This document shows, piece by piece, positions 30,101-38,646 of a stretch of DNA of 64,000 nt (positions are counted from its first letter, which is position 1; the number at the start of each line of letters is the position of its first letter). This DNA comes from a virus. The DNA is taken from positions 1-64,000 of the IMG/VR virus record IMGVR_UViG_3300030098_003519; one strand, written 5' to 3'. A program made the translations under genes and the position numbers. A model generated the notes under the pieces. It searched no databases. It had not been told where the DNA came from and worked only from the letters and a program-made list of their open reading frames with translations.

Positions 30101-31880
30101 TATTTCTAGATTCAAGAGATTTTGCATTTAAACCATTATCTCCAGTTCCAATACCAAGAACTCCAGCATTGGTGAGAGTCATTTTTCTTCCACCAGCTGA
30201 AACCCAAGCATGTTCTCCAGAACCACCTACATTTGATTGGAATTTATCACCAGATTCAAGAGTAAGGTATGCACTATTTCCAGAAGTATAATTATGCCAT
30301 CTTGCTCCTACTCCTTGAGTACCTCCAAGATGTAATGTATTACCTGGCGTAACAGTTCCGACACCAAGTTTACCATTTGGCATCTTTACATTTTTATCAT
30401 GATCAATATGTAAACCTAAATCACCAGCATCATTACCACGCATGTAGAGTTGAAATTCTTGTCCACTTGCAACATCATTTTTATCAACAGTAATTCTAAG
30501 ATCACCATTACCTGGTGTTCCAAATTCATGTGTAGTTTCATTATCTGAATCAATTAGAGATAATATACTTACACCACTATTATTTCTAATAGATACATTA
30601 CTTTTAAAAGTTGAAACTCCAGTTGAACCGATGCGAAGTCTTTCTGTACCAGCAGTTTCTACTGTAAATGTATCAGGATCAGGAAATCTAATTGCAGTAT
30701 CTCCATCTCCGATATGATAAATTGAATCAGCAATACCTACTTTATTACCATCACCAACAGTAAATACTTCAGTGGTATTGTCATATAATTTAAGTATATC
30801 TCCTGTACCTGCTTGTGTTACTGCTACTGCTACATTAGCACTATTATCTGCTACTTCTATTCTATCAACAGCCTTTAAGGTAGTATCAATTGTTGTTGTC
30901 GTTCCATTGACTGTTAGGTCGCCTGTAATTGTTGCATCTCCAGTAATAGCTGCGTCATTAACTGTGATGTTATCAGTATTCAATAGAACAACATTACCAG
31001 TTCTTCCATAAACTCCAGTTACTCCACCTCCACCACTACCAGTTGTAGCACCAGCAAAACCAATATGTCTTACTTCTATCTGTGTTCCACTACCAGGAGC
31101 AGTTGTGAGGTTTATAACATTTGCAGCAACACTATATGCTCTTATATTTCCAGCACTATCATTAGGGTACTGAACAACACCATCAATAGTTACCAAGATA
31201 TTTTCATTATTTGGAGGTGACTTTGAAAGTGTGAATGAAGAAGTTGATCCGTCACCACTAAAATGATCTACCTTATTATCTGATATATCAAAGGTAACAT
31301 TATTATTGGTTAGAATATGACCCCAGAATGCATCTGTAGATTGTGGTGCTTGTGAAAATACAATCGTACCATCTAAATCAAATCCAAATCCAGTTGAAGG
31401 ACTTGAACTATCATGTGGTTGCTGAATAACACCATTAACAGAAAGAACTAATTGAGCAGATCTTGTTATTCTTGCCTTTTTACCAGTCGTATGAGTTGCT
31501 TTGAATTTTGTATTGACACCATCAAAAGCAACATTTAATGTATGAGATGATCCTGAAGTTCCTGTTAATGAAAGATCTTCTGCTGTTCCAGATGCAGCAC
31601 GAGCAGCAGTGGTAGCAAGTTTAATATTATTATGATCCTCCTTAATGACAAAATAAACTGAACCAGAAGTCAGTCCATTAATATTTCCACCACCACCGTT
31701 ATTATATGTTACTCTCTGTCCTTGTACGAATCTATGGTTATATGAATATATTGTATCGTTTGCAGCCGAAACTACACTAGAACTTGACCCATCAAAAGTT
31801 AAAGTATATGATGAGATATCATCGAGTATCTTAAAATTGTTATCTTCGCCTGTAGATGGAGAATGACCAATATATGCCAT
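27162..31880 (-). CDS. Long tail fibre protein (MxYIG class)
   Basis: 1572 aa; N-terminus like the 949-aa fibre (LDDISS, VNGVIQ); C-terminal GSFKIPHP..IEGP domain. Late promoter at 31899-31905. Confidence 0.8.
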   Translation of the reverse strand: MAYIGHSPSTGEDNNFKILDDISSYTLTFDGSSSSVVSAANDTIYSYNHRFVQGQRVTYNNGGGGNINGLTSGSVYFVIKEDHNNIKLATTAARAASGTAEDLSLTGTSGSSHTLNVAFDGVNTKFKATHTTGKKARITRSAQLVLSVNGVIQQPHDSSSPSTGFGFDLDGTIVFSQAPQSTDAFWGHILTNNNVTFDISDNKVDHFSGDGSTSSFTLSKSPPNNENILVTIDGVVQYPNDSAGNIRAYSVAANVINLTTAPGSGTQIEVRHIGFAGATTGSGGGGVTGVYGRTGNVVLLNTDNITVNDAAITGDATITGDLTVNGTTTTIDTTLKAVDRIEVADNSANVAVAVTQAGTGDILKLYDNTTEVFTVGDGNKVGIADSIYHIGDGDTAIRFPDPDTFTVETAGTERLRIGSTGVSTFKSNVSIRNNSGVSILSLIDSDNETTHEFGTPGNGDLRITVDKNDVASGQEFQLYMRGNDAGDLGLHIDHDKNVKMPNGKLGVGTVTPGNTLHLGGTQGVGARWHNYTSGNSAYLTLESGDKFQSNVGGSGEHAWVSAGGRKMTLTNAGVLGIGTGDNGLNAKSLESRNIGLSTPTLTWGGGNPGQIFRNEGSELKFGLTAYAPYALFIQANTSGSGLRQITLNPMGGSVGIGITDPQTDAGLVAKYASTFAPSVTWNATGGHTLRCEGSELVFGLSNSSPHPYFMQARHSGDGARHLAIQPAGGNVMIATTDSSTRTLNLKGTFGILSPSQNGVIDMSVTDAGEASIAPYLSGGSSLVLKTNASGVGVAERLRIASDGGTKFTRGTVGGTEANSNDPGKWFKVGTWAGVGVDAAARATITVLGAATHDSNSNVSGETKIHLAFSSNPTLYGYFYSTTAVREGIAGVAHKYDSSAKSAEIWVKYREGYSSTSCFADVTNGYFTGSNIATGSTDTPSGATLLDSYYNIWTSDGTTSLKRLAISGSGLVGIGTPASGSQLSVARASGNSALTLDCYGVNRSRLIFRNNVVRGTQTNIDAIEDDLRLVVNSNERLRCVGDTGYVGIGITNPAEKFQVNGGNIAIVGGTSYKIDTHPLVSYASFSWSGGTYAARLGSTGTSTIRHTQIYGGGYPIATFDGVNRRLGIGETNPDYMIHLKGGVPAVCMEDTDGTHGQSIIESNGDNLKIRCDAGNASSGGGSNISLQVDGSERVRINNTGQLMLSGNNVGFGVSIVDSTTILSDSMGHQIIAGTPWYTTSCFDYNTSKSPAMDYYWIKLVKNVGSSGLAYLEYMATGDTNYPRSVRGTIEVLKYANSSMSICHDQQTAEKSVVQLVVDSNQDVWIRFHGYDWNHDFRYRMIYGESVTINSDFTVGTNAATVGRMRNSDASPPNASIDIIPGSNIRWDLTNANPPNSYYSNDYRKFHRVQISNNLSITGSISKGSGSFKIPHPLVGLSTTKDLVHSFIEGPQCDNIYRGKVDLVGGTATVNIDTKVGMSAGTFVALNRDIQCFTTNETGWTNVKGTVSGNTLTITAQDNSCTDTVSWMVVGERQDDIIKSSDLTDNDGNLILEPARTVENLNGTDDVVVPDEFK

Positions 31881-31893
31881 AGTACTCTATTTT

Positions 31894-32508
31894 TTAAGTA
31901 TTTATTGAATCAATAATGGACTGTGGTGTCCCATCAATAACTGCTTGGGCAGCATCTCTTTGTGCTTCATCATTTAGAACACGAGGATCGTCTGCAGCAG
32001 GAACATTTTTATATACAATTTGATCAAAATATGTATTATTAGATGGATCCCATACACTTTCCATAGATGGTGTTCCTAATTTAAGTCTTTGTTGCTTAAG
32101 TCGTTCAACAGCTGATAGATAACTATTTTTTTGATCAATTGCTTTCTTCTCATCTGCAGCAGTCTGAACCCAAGAAGGAATTGCTGCTATTGTAGTAACA
32201 CCAACTTGACTCTTAGGATACTTGTCTTTAATTGCTTTAATATCTGCCTTCCATGCAGTAAGAGATGTATGATAGATCTTATCTAATTGATCTTCAATAG
32301 GTGGATACTCTGCTTTACGTGCAATAGTATATGCCGTAGTAACACCAACTGTTGGTCCTTCTACAATACCAATACCTTGTTCATTTATATCTTGAAGAAA
32401 CTTCTGATAATCTGTATTATTGGGATCTCTAGGAATACCAGTTTTATCTGATAAACGAATTATAGAATTTGCTTCGTTTGAAGGTGGAACTATGGATAAC
32501 TTATACAT
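31894..32508 (-). CDS. Putative tail-fibre assembly chaperone
   Basis: 204 aa; IPRDPNNTDYQKFL and RKAEYPPIEDQLDKIYH..IKAIKDKYPK motifs. Confidence 0.7.
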   Translation of the reverse strand: MYKLSIVPPSNEANSIIRLSDKTGIPRDPNNTDYQKFLQDINEQGIGIVEGPTVGVTTAYTIARKAEYPPIEDQLDKIYHTSLTAWKADIKAIKDKYPKSQVGVTTIAAIPSWVQTAADEKKAIDQKNSYLSAVERLKQQRLKLGTPSMESVWDPSNNTYFDQIVYKNVPAADDPRVLNDEAQRDAAQAVIDGTPQSIIDSINT

Positions 32509-32510
32509 GT

Positions 32511-33719
32511 TTACATCTCCGCACTAAGAATTAATTTTGCATTTGGTAATACCTGACACCAAAGACCATCTCCTGTAGATAAACTACTATGACCAGTAGT
32601 TTGACAATATACACGTATATTATTATTAACCTTTTCCCCGACTTCTACACTTGCATTACTATTCTGACCACTAGCTCCCTTATATGATTGTAACCAATTA
32701 CCACTAGCAGTCACTGTAGAGACACTTGGTTGAGCTCTCATAGTTACAGGTGTGGAAACTGTTAAATTAATATTAGTAGAATTATAAGCAACACCAATTC
32801 CTAAATGCACTTCATCATCATCACCATATGCCACACAATATCTCTGACAATCATGCAATTGATCGGCATGAGTTTTATAATCAAACGGTGTTGCATTATA
32901 ACCTTCCTCAAGTTGAACACCTGTAATCCATAGATTATTTGATGTAGAACTTGCTATATTAATTGTAGTGCCTGGTGCTTGTTGATTACTAGCATTATTT
33001 CTCCAATAATTTCTAGTACCAGTTCCAGCAGTCCATGTTGAACCTGCCTTAAACCAAAGCCATAATCTTATACCAGTAGTATTATCTGTTGTCCAAGCAT
33101 TTTCAGGCCCATGAGCAGGGAATGACATAGTTTTATATTCCCATTCATTTGCATTATGTATTGTAAAGGTTTGATTAATTATCTTACCAACATTAAAGTT
33201 ATCAGCATGAAGCATAGCATTACAATCACCAGTAACACTAGACTTTACCCAGAATGATAAAGTAACTGGTTTTGCCCTTTGTGTTCCCCAACAAAGATGT
33301 GCCATTCTATTTGCTTCAATCCTCTGTTCTAGAAGAAAATAATCACCACCATCAACAGCAGCATCAGCAGTAGTACAATCCAATTTCCAAGATTTAGTAA
33401 ATCCTTGTCCTATAGGAACATCAGTATCTTGAGAAGAAGTCCATGTTCCAGCACCAGACATTCCAAGTTTCCATCTGTCTACTGTACTGAATACCCAATT
33501 GGGACTTCCATTAAAACCTGAGTCCGTTGTAGCTCTCTGGGCTATTTGGAAATCTCCATTGATAACCATGTTCTTTCGACCTGCTTTCACAATATCAAAA
33601 GACTCTCCTGCAGATGATGAGTTCATTAACTCACTACCATGAGCTCCTATAGGAGGAGTGTCAACCTCATTTAACTTCTCCCTTAAATTTATTGCTGGTT
33701 GTGATACTCTTATAGACAT
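32511..33719 (-). CDS. Fibre-associated protein with carbohydrate-binding-like jelly-roll domain
   Basis: 402 aa; GRKNMVINGDFQIAQR..DRW..VTLSFWVKS..ITGVQLEEG..ATPF..CQRY. Confidence 0.75.
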   Translation of the reverse strand: MSIRVSQPAINLREKLNEVDTPPIGAHGSELMNSSSAGESFDIVKAGRKNMVINGDFQIAQRATTDSGFNGSPNWVFSTVDRWKLGMSGAGTWTSSQDTDVPIGQGFTKSWKLDCTTADAAVDGGDYFLLEQRIEANRMAHLCWGTQRAKPVTLSFWVKSSVTGDCNAMLHADNFNVGKIINQTFTIHNANEWEYKTMSFPAHGPENAWTTDNTTGIRLWLWFKAGSTWTAGTGTRNYWRNNASNQQAPGTTINIASSTSNNLWITGVQLEEGYNATPFDYKTHADQLHDCQRYCVAYGDDDEVHLGIGVAYNSTNINLTVSTPVTMRAQPSVSTVTASGNWLQSYKGASGQNSNASVEVGEKVNNNIRVYCQTTGHSSLSTGDGLWCQVLPNAKLILSAEM

Positions 33720-36700
33720 TTAATACTCCACTACTAAATCATTTGATGCTGAAACACCACGGGTTACTTCCGTAGTATTGTTATTTATTCTGACTAATCC
33801 ACTGAAATCTGCACGACCACCTTTAGCACCAACGTATAAAATATCATTTCTCTTATCATATGCCATTGCTTCAATGTGATCATTTGTAGTACCAATAAGA
33901 GTACACTTAGCATTCTCTTGGAAGAGTGGTAATTCATCCTTATACATCTTCTGAATCTGATGTTCATTTGGTGCTGATCTTGAAGATCTGAACAATGCCA
34001 TTTCTATCTCACTATCAGCAGCTCCTGTACTAGTATCATGTCCTATTCTCAATTCAGAATAAGCAGTAAAAGGACTATTATCCCACATACCTGTGTTCAT
34101 TATTCTAACCAGTTCTCTTCTACCATTAACCCACAACTCCATAGTATTACCTCTTCTAATAATATGACAAAGCATCCATGATTTCATATCTTGAGGATGC
34201 ATAAGAAGTCCTTTTTGATTTGGATCATAAGCAAATCCAGCAGTACTCATATCAAATCGTATATCATCACCATTAAAATAAACACGAAGATATGACATAT
34301 CATTACCAGATGACAATGTCTCATCATCAGATATTGACCAAATTGTTTTTCCACCTTGACTATCATTAGGATTCATCCACCAATAGAAAGCAAAGTCACC
34401 ACTACCATGATTTAAGTTAGGATTATATGCTTGATAAAGATAATTATCAGAACTCCAACCACTATAAGAACATAATTCTGCACCAGTAGCAACAGCCTGT
34501 TTAGTTACTGTTCCATATACTTGGAGTCCACGATTCAATCCTTGATTCCTTGAACCAGCACCAGAAAAACCATGTGTATTTGTATGATCTGGATCTGCCT
34601 CTGTTACAATAACACTATCAATATATCCATCACTATCCTGGCTAGTTGAAGACTCTGTTAAATTAAAATATGCTGTAGTTGTTGTTGCTTGGAAGGTTCC
34701 AGTAAACATTTGCCATTGAGCAACTGTACCTATTGGAGGAGACTCAAAATATTGATTTCCATCTATACCAGATGTTCCTAATTTAATTGTAAAGGAATCA
34801 TGTGTAACCCAAAGTCTAGCTGAAACCGAATATTTTTTACCTACAACAGTCGTGAAAGAGAAATAAGCAGCATCTCCATTACTATTAGCAGTCGCATGTA
34901 TAGAATAAGATCCATTATATGCTCTGGTATTAGAAGAACCCCACTGCACGAATCCAGCATTAGTCCAACCAGTGGTAGTGTTTGCTTCTGTCCTTCCAGG
35001 TCCAGCACTAGCACAGTTATTAGGAGCTAAATCAGTTCCTGATAAGTTTGTGTCATCAGTAGAAGCCATGACACACATTTTCTCTTTTCCTACTAACCAA
35101 CCAGTAGTATAAGATTTAGTTGTATATGCAATCATACTATTATCACCTTCTGGATTCTCATAGATATGATTTAATCCACCTCTAGTACGAGCAGCAAATT
35201 CATATCCTTTCTTTGCAGTAACTTGAGGAACTTTATGTTGATGAGTGTTCCATGTTGTACTCCAATCACTACCAATAGAAAGTAGATTAGAATAAATGGC
35301 ACTATTAGAATTCAAACCTCTCCACATAGATCTAACATTATGACCAGAACCACCAGTCTTAGTGTCTATAGTAATAGCATTATCCCATTTTATGTGTCCA
35401 TCCATAGTATGAATATAACAATAGTCTCCATTACCATCACCCATAACAAAAATTAAATCATCATTATCAGTCCACTCTACAGAATATCCTTGAGTATAAC
35501 CATTATCATTAGAATTAATATCTACAATATGTCCACTTACATCATTGACATGATTAGATGGTGTATTTGATCTATTAAGTCCCATAGTCCATTCAGGTTT
35601 AATGATACTAATACCAGCATCAACAGCAACAGCAATAGTAGGTATTGGAAGATTAGTTATAGGATCTATAGGTGCTCCTCTTAATGCCTTTACTGCTACA
35701 GACCATACATCATCAGATTTTAGTGTTCCAAGATCAGTATTATCATATCCTCTACCACTTTCAGTCCATAATCCACCAGAATCATCTGTTCCATTTCTAC
35801 CTGCAATTCCTGTAGGCCACCAACCATGTGTTCCGTTACTAGTAACTGATGCTCTAACTCTCTTTGCAGTATCTTTGATGAAATCTATGATATGAAAACC
35901 ACCATAAACATTCTTAGCACCGATATATATTACTCCATTCAGAGCAGTCACACAAGAAGGTCTATCATCATTACATCCAAGCATATATCCTTCAGATGAT
36001 GATCTAAACTGCATCCATAATGGCATTGTTGGATCATCACCATCATAAATTGTTGTTCTAACTTGTCCTAAAACAATTACAGCAACAGCAGGGAATTCTT
36101 TTCTTGTTCCTCTATAGGTTCCTGCTGTTTCATTATACCATGATGTATGTCTACATTTCTTTCTCCATGCTCCACCATCAGCATCATTTCTAGTATCATA
36201 TATAAATATTGTTTCTCCACTTCCAGATTCATCATAAGGAGACTCTTTACCACTAGTTATACTGATTGCAGAGAAATCATAAGCAGTTGCAGTTGCTATT
36301 CCAGCAACCGTTATTCCTCCTCCAGTGGTGGTTAGTTTTATAGCATTATTATAATATAAATTGACATAAGGAGCACCAGAATTATTAAACCCTTTAATAA
36401 TTTTTTTAGACAAAGCCATGTGGTGTTCTATGTCACCAACAGATGAAACTATAAAATTGTTAGCGTGACCATTACTGTGTTTGATGTATAAATTACTGTC
36501 ATTACCTAGAGTTAATTGTTTATCATCAGCAATATAAACATTACCCCATCCTTTTGAAGCACTACCGAAATTTTGAGTACCTAAAGCACCTGGCGTTACG
36601 TGACCATCTTTGTCAATGCGAAGTCTTTCTGTTGGCGATGCTGCACCATCAGCAGTAGTAGAAAATACTAATCTACCAGGAACGTCATTAGTGCCAGTAG

Positions 36701-38294
36701 TGCCGTCACAAGCTCCAATAATAGATGCTAAAGGATCTGTATTTGTTCCATCTGCACCCTCAAATATAATTGTTCCTACAGCATCACCGCTATTAATACT
36801 TGTAGCAGATCCAACAGAAGTTCCTCTTGATTTTTGGAAAATTAAGTTAGAAGATGATGCATTAGCTGAGTTTCTTGCAATTATTACAGAAGAGGTTGCT
36901 GTGGATGTTCCTTCAACCTGTAATGGAGCAGCAAAACCATTACTTTCTACCCTTGCAGAAGTTGATCCAATTAATACTCTACCACTTGAGTCGATGCGAA
37001 CTTGAGTTGAGGTTCCATTATTTCCAGAGATTGATATACCACTTTTTCCTCTTATACCCAAATCACCTGCTGTCGAACCATTCATTAGGTTTCCAGCTGC
37101 TTGAATTCCCCAAATATAATGATCACCTAATGGAGTTTGCATCATCAATCCATTAGATCCTGATGCCTGAGTATGAATTAACGATTGAGGATCAGCAGTT
37201 CCGATACCAACTTTACCTGCATTAGTGATACGCATTTTCTCATCACTAGTACCATCGGTATTGAATACCATAAAGTTGTTATCACTATCATAAAAAATTC
37301 TACCTTTTGTAGCACCTGCACTATTCAAGAAAGCAAGAATATTATTACCAGTTGAAGTTCCACACTTTAATTTTAGTTCTGCATTATCAACACCAGTGAT
37401 AGTTAAATCACCATCATTTTCTAATTTTAATCTCTCAGTACCATTACAATGCCAATAATGATGTCCAGCAGTACCAACAAAATACTGAGCAGTCACTATA
37501 CCTGCTGCAGAAGCACCATTTGCGAAATTTATTCCACCAAGAGTACCAGATGTTCTCGCAGAATGAATTGTTATATCAGAAGATGTATCAGAAAAAACTT
37601 CCAATTCAGTCTGTGGTGTGGTGGTATTGATACCAACCTCACCTGTTCCTTTAATGCGAAGTCTTTCTGTATTATTAGTTTTAATTGTTAGAGGATGATT
37701 TGAACTCTGATTCAATTCTACTGAATTTGCTCCAGCACCAGCAGTACTATTTGTTCCTTCTCTGCTTATCTGAAAATATCCACCTTCTGCAGCACCTTGC
37801 TGTAAAATCACTCTTGAATAAGATGTATTTGTAGAGTTTCTTACATCTACACTTGGAATCGTAGTTCTTTTAACGAATAAACGTCCCTCTTCTAATGTTA
37901 CATTACCAGCCTTTACATCAACATTACCACCATCAGCAACTGAAAATACCTCAGTGGTATTATCATATAAGTTTAATATATCTCCTGTACCTGTTTGAGT
38001 TATTATACCTGCTGGCAATGTACTAGCAGTTGATACTCTTAATAATTCTACATTGCGTAATGTTGTATTTAAAGTTGTATAATCTCCTTGTACCGTGAAA
38101 CTGCCACCAATAGTAACATTTCCATTAAAATCTGCACTCCCATTAACATCTAATTGTGTAAACGTACCAACACCTGCTGTAACATCACTACCACTACCAC
38201 CACGAAAAGGACCATCAAAAGCAGTTGCAGTTACTACACCTGCAATACTAAGACCTGGATCGAGAATATCACCAGCTACCTTTGTTAGTGCCAT
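33720..38294 (-). CDS. Long tail fibre protein with C-terminal CBM/LamG-like domains
   Basis: 1524 aa; MALT N-terminus, ERLRI modules, FIYDTRNDADGGAWRK domain, LamG-like end. Confidence 0.8.
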   Translation of the reverse strand: MALTKVAGDILDPGLSIAGVVTATAFDGPFRGGSGSDVTAGVGTFTQLDVNGSADFNGNVTIGGSFTVQGDYTTLNTTLRNVELLRVSTASTLPAGIITQTGTGDILNLYDNTTEVFSVADGGNVDVKAGNVTLEEGRLFVKRTTIPSVDVRNSTNTSYSRVILQQGAAEGGYFQISREGTNSTAGAGANSVELNQSSNHPLTIKTNNTERLRIKGTGEVGINTTTPQTELEVFSDTSSDITIHSARTSGTLGGINFANGASAAGIVTAQYFVGTAGHHYWHCNGTERLKLENDGDLTITGVDNAELKLKCGTSTGNNILAFLNSAGATKGRIFYDSDNNFMVFNTDGTSDEKMRITNAGKVGIGTADPQSLIHTQASGSNGLMMQTPLGDHYIWGIQAAGNLMNGSTAGDLGIRGKSGISISGNNGTSTQVRIDSSGRVLIGSTSARVESNGFAAPLQVEGTSTATSSVIIARNSANASSSNLIFQKSRGTSVGSATSINSGDAVGTIIFEGADGTNTDPLASIIGACDGTTGTNDVPGRLVFSTTADGAASPTERLRIDKDGHVTPGALGTQNFGSASKGWGNVYIADDKQLTLGNDSNLYIKHSNGHANNFIVSSVGDIEHHMALSKKIIKGFNNSGAPYVNLYYNNAIKLTTTGGGITVAGIATATAYDFSAISITSGKESPYDESGSGETIFIYDTRNDADGGAWRKKCRHTSWYNETAGTYRGTRKEFPAVAVIVLGQVRTTIYDGDDPTMPLWMQFRSSSEGYMLGCNDDRPSCVTALNGVIYIGAKNVYGGFHIIDFIKDTAKRVRASVTSNGTHGWWPTGIAGRNGTDDSGGLWTESGRGYDNTDLGTLKSDDVWSVAVKALRGAPIDPITNLPIPTIAVAVDAGISIIKPEWTMGLNRSNTPSNHVNDVSGHIVDINSNDNGYTQGYSVEWTDNDDLIFVMGDGNGDYCYIHTMDGHIKWDNAITIDTKTGGSGHNVRSMWRGLNSNSAIYSNLLSIGSDWSTTWNTHQHKVPQVTAKKGYEFAARTRGGLNHIYENPEGDNSMIAYTTKSYTTGWLVGKEKMCVMASTDDTNLSGTDLAPNNCASAGPGRTEANTTTGWTNAGFVQWGSSNTRAYNGSYSIHATANSNGDAAYFSFTTVVGKKYSVSARLWVTHDSFTIKLGTSGIDGNQYFESPPIGTVAQWQMFTGTFQATTTTAYFNLTESSTSQDSDGYIDSVIVTEADPDHTNTHGFSGAGSRNQGLNRGLQVYGTVTKQAVATGAELCSYSGWSSDNYLYQAYNPNLNHGSGDFAFYWWMNPNDSQGGKTIWSISDDETLSSGNDMSYLRVYFNGDDIRFDMSTAGFAYDPNQKGLLMHPQDMKSWMLCHIIRRGNTMELWVNGRRELVRIMNTGMWDNSPFTAYSELRIGHDTSTGAADSEIEMALFRSSRSAPNEHQIQKMYKDELPLFQENAKCTLIGTTNDHIEAMAYDKRNDILYVGAKGGRADFSGLVRINNNTTEVTRGVSASNDLVVEY

Positions 38295-38307
38295 ACTCTG
38301 TTACCTC

Positions 38308-38643
38308 TTAAGTAATTTCCATTATTGTCAAAGCAACATCAAGACTATTATTCACATCACTTTCTGCAGTTAATGTATCGTTTGTTTGTAATACTACTTT
38401 GTTTCCTCCCATAAATTCAAATGCAGATCCTTGAGGAATTGGTATATTCTTCATAAGATTCACATCTTCACCAGATGCAGAAGGTCTTGTAATTCCAAGT
38501 CCAACATTAATACTTGACCCAGAAACATTTGCCATTGTTACACCAATAACAACAGTTGCAGTGACAGGAGAAGTTGCAGTGTAGATACCGACTGTTGTTA
38601 CACCTACATTTGCTTTCGTTTTTAATTTAAAGGTATTTGCCAT
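38308..38643 (-). CDS. Small virion structural protein
   Basis: 111 aa MANTFK..GGNKVVLQ..SLDVALTIMEIT, following a fibre that ends in AMAIALG. Confidence 0.75.
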   Translation of the reverse strand: MANTFKLKTKANVGVTTVGIYTATSPVTATVVIGVTMANVSGSSINVGLGITRPSASGEDVNLMKNIPIPQGSAFEFMGGNKVVLQTNDTLTAESDVNNSLDVALTIMEIT

Positions 38644-38646
38644 GTT

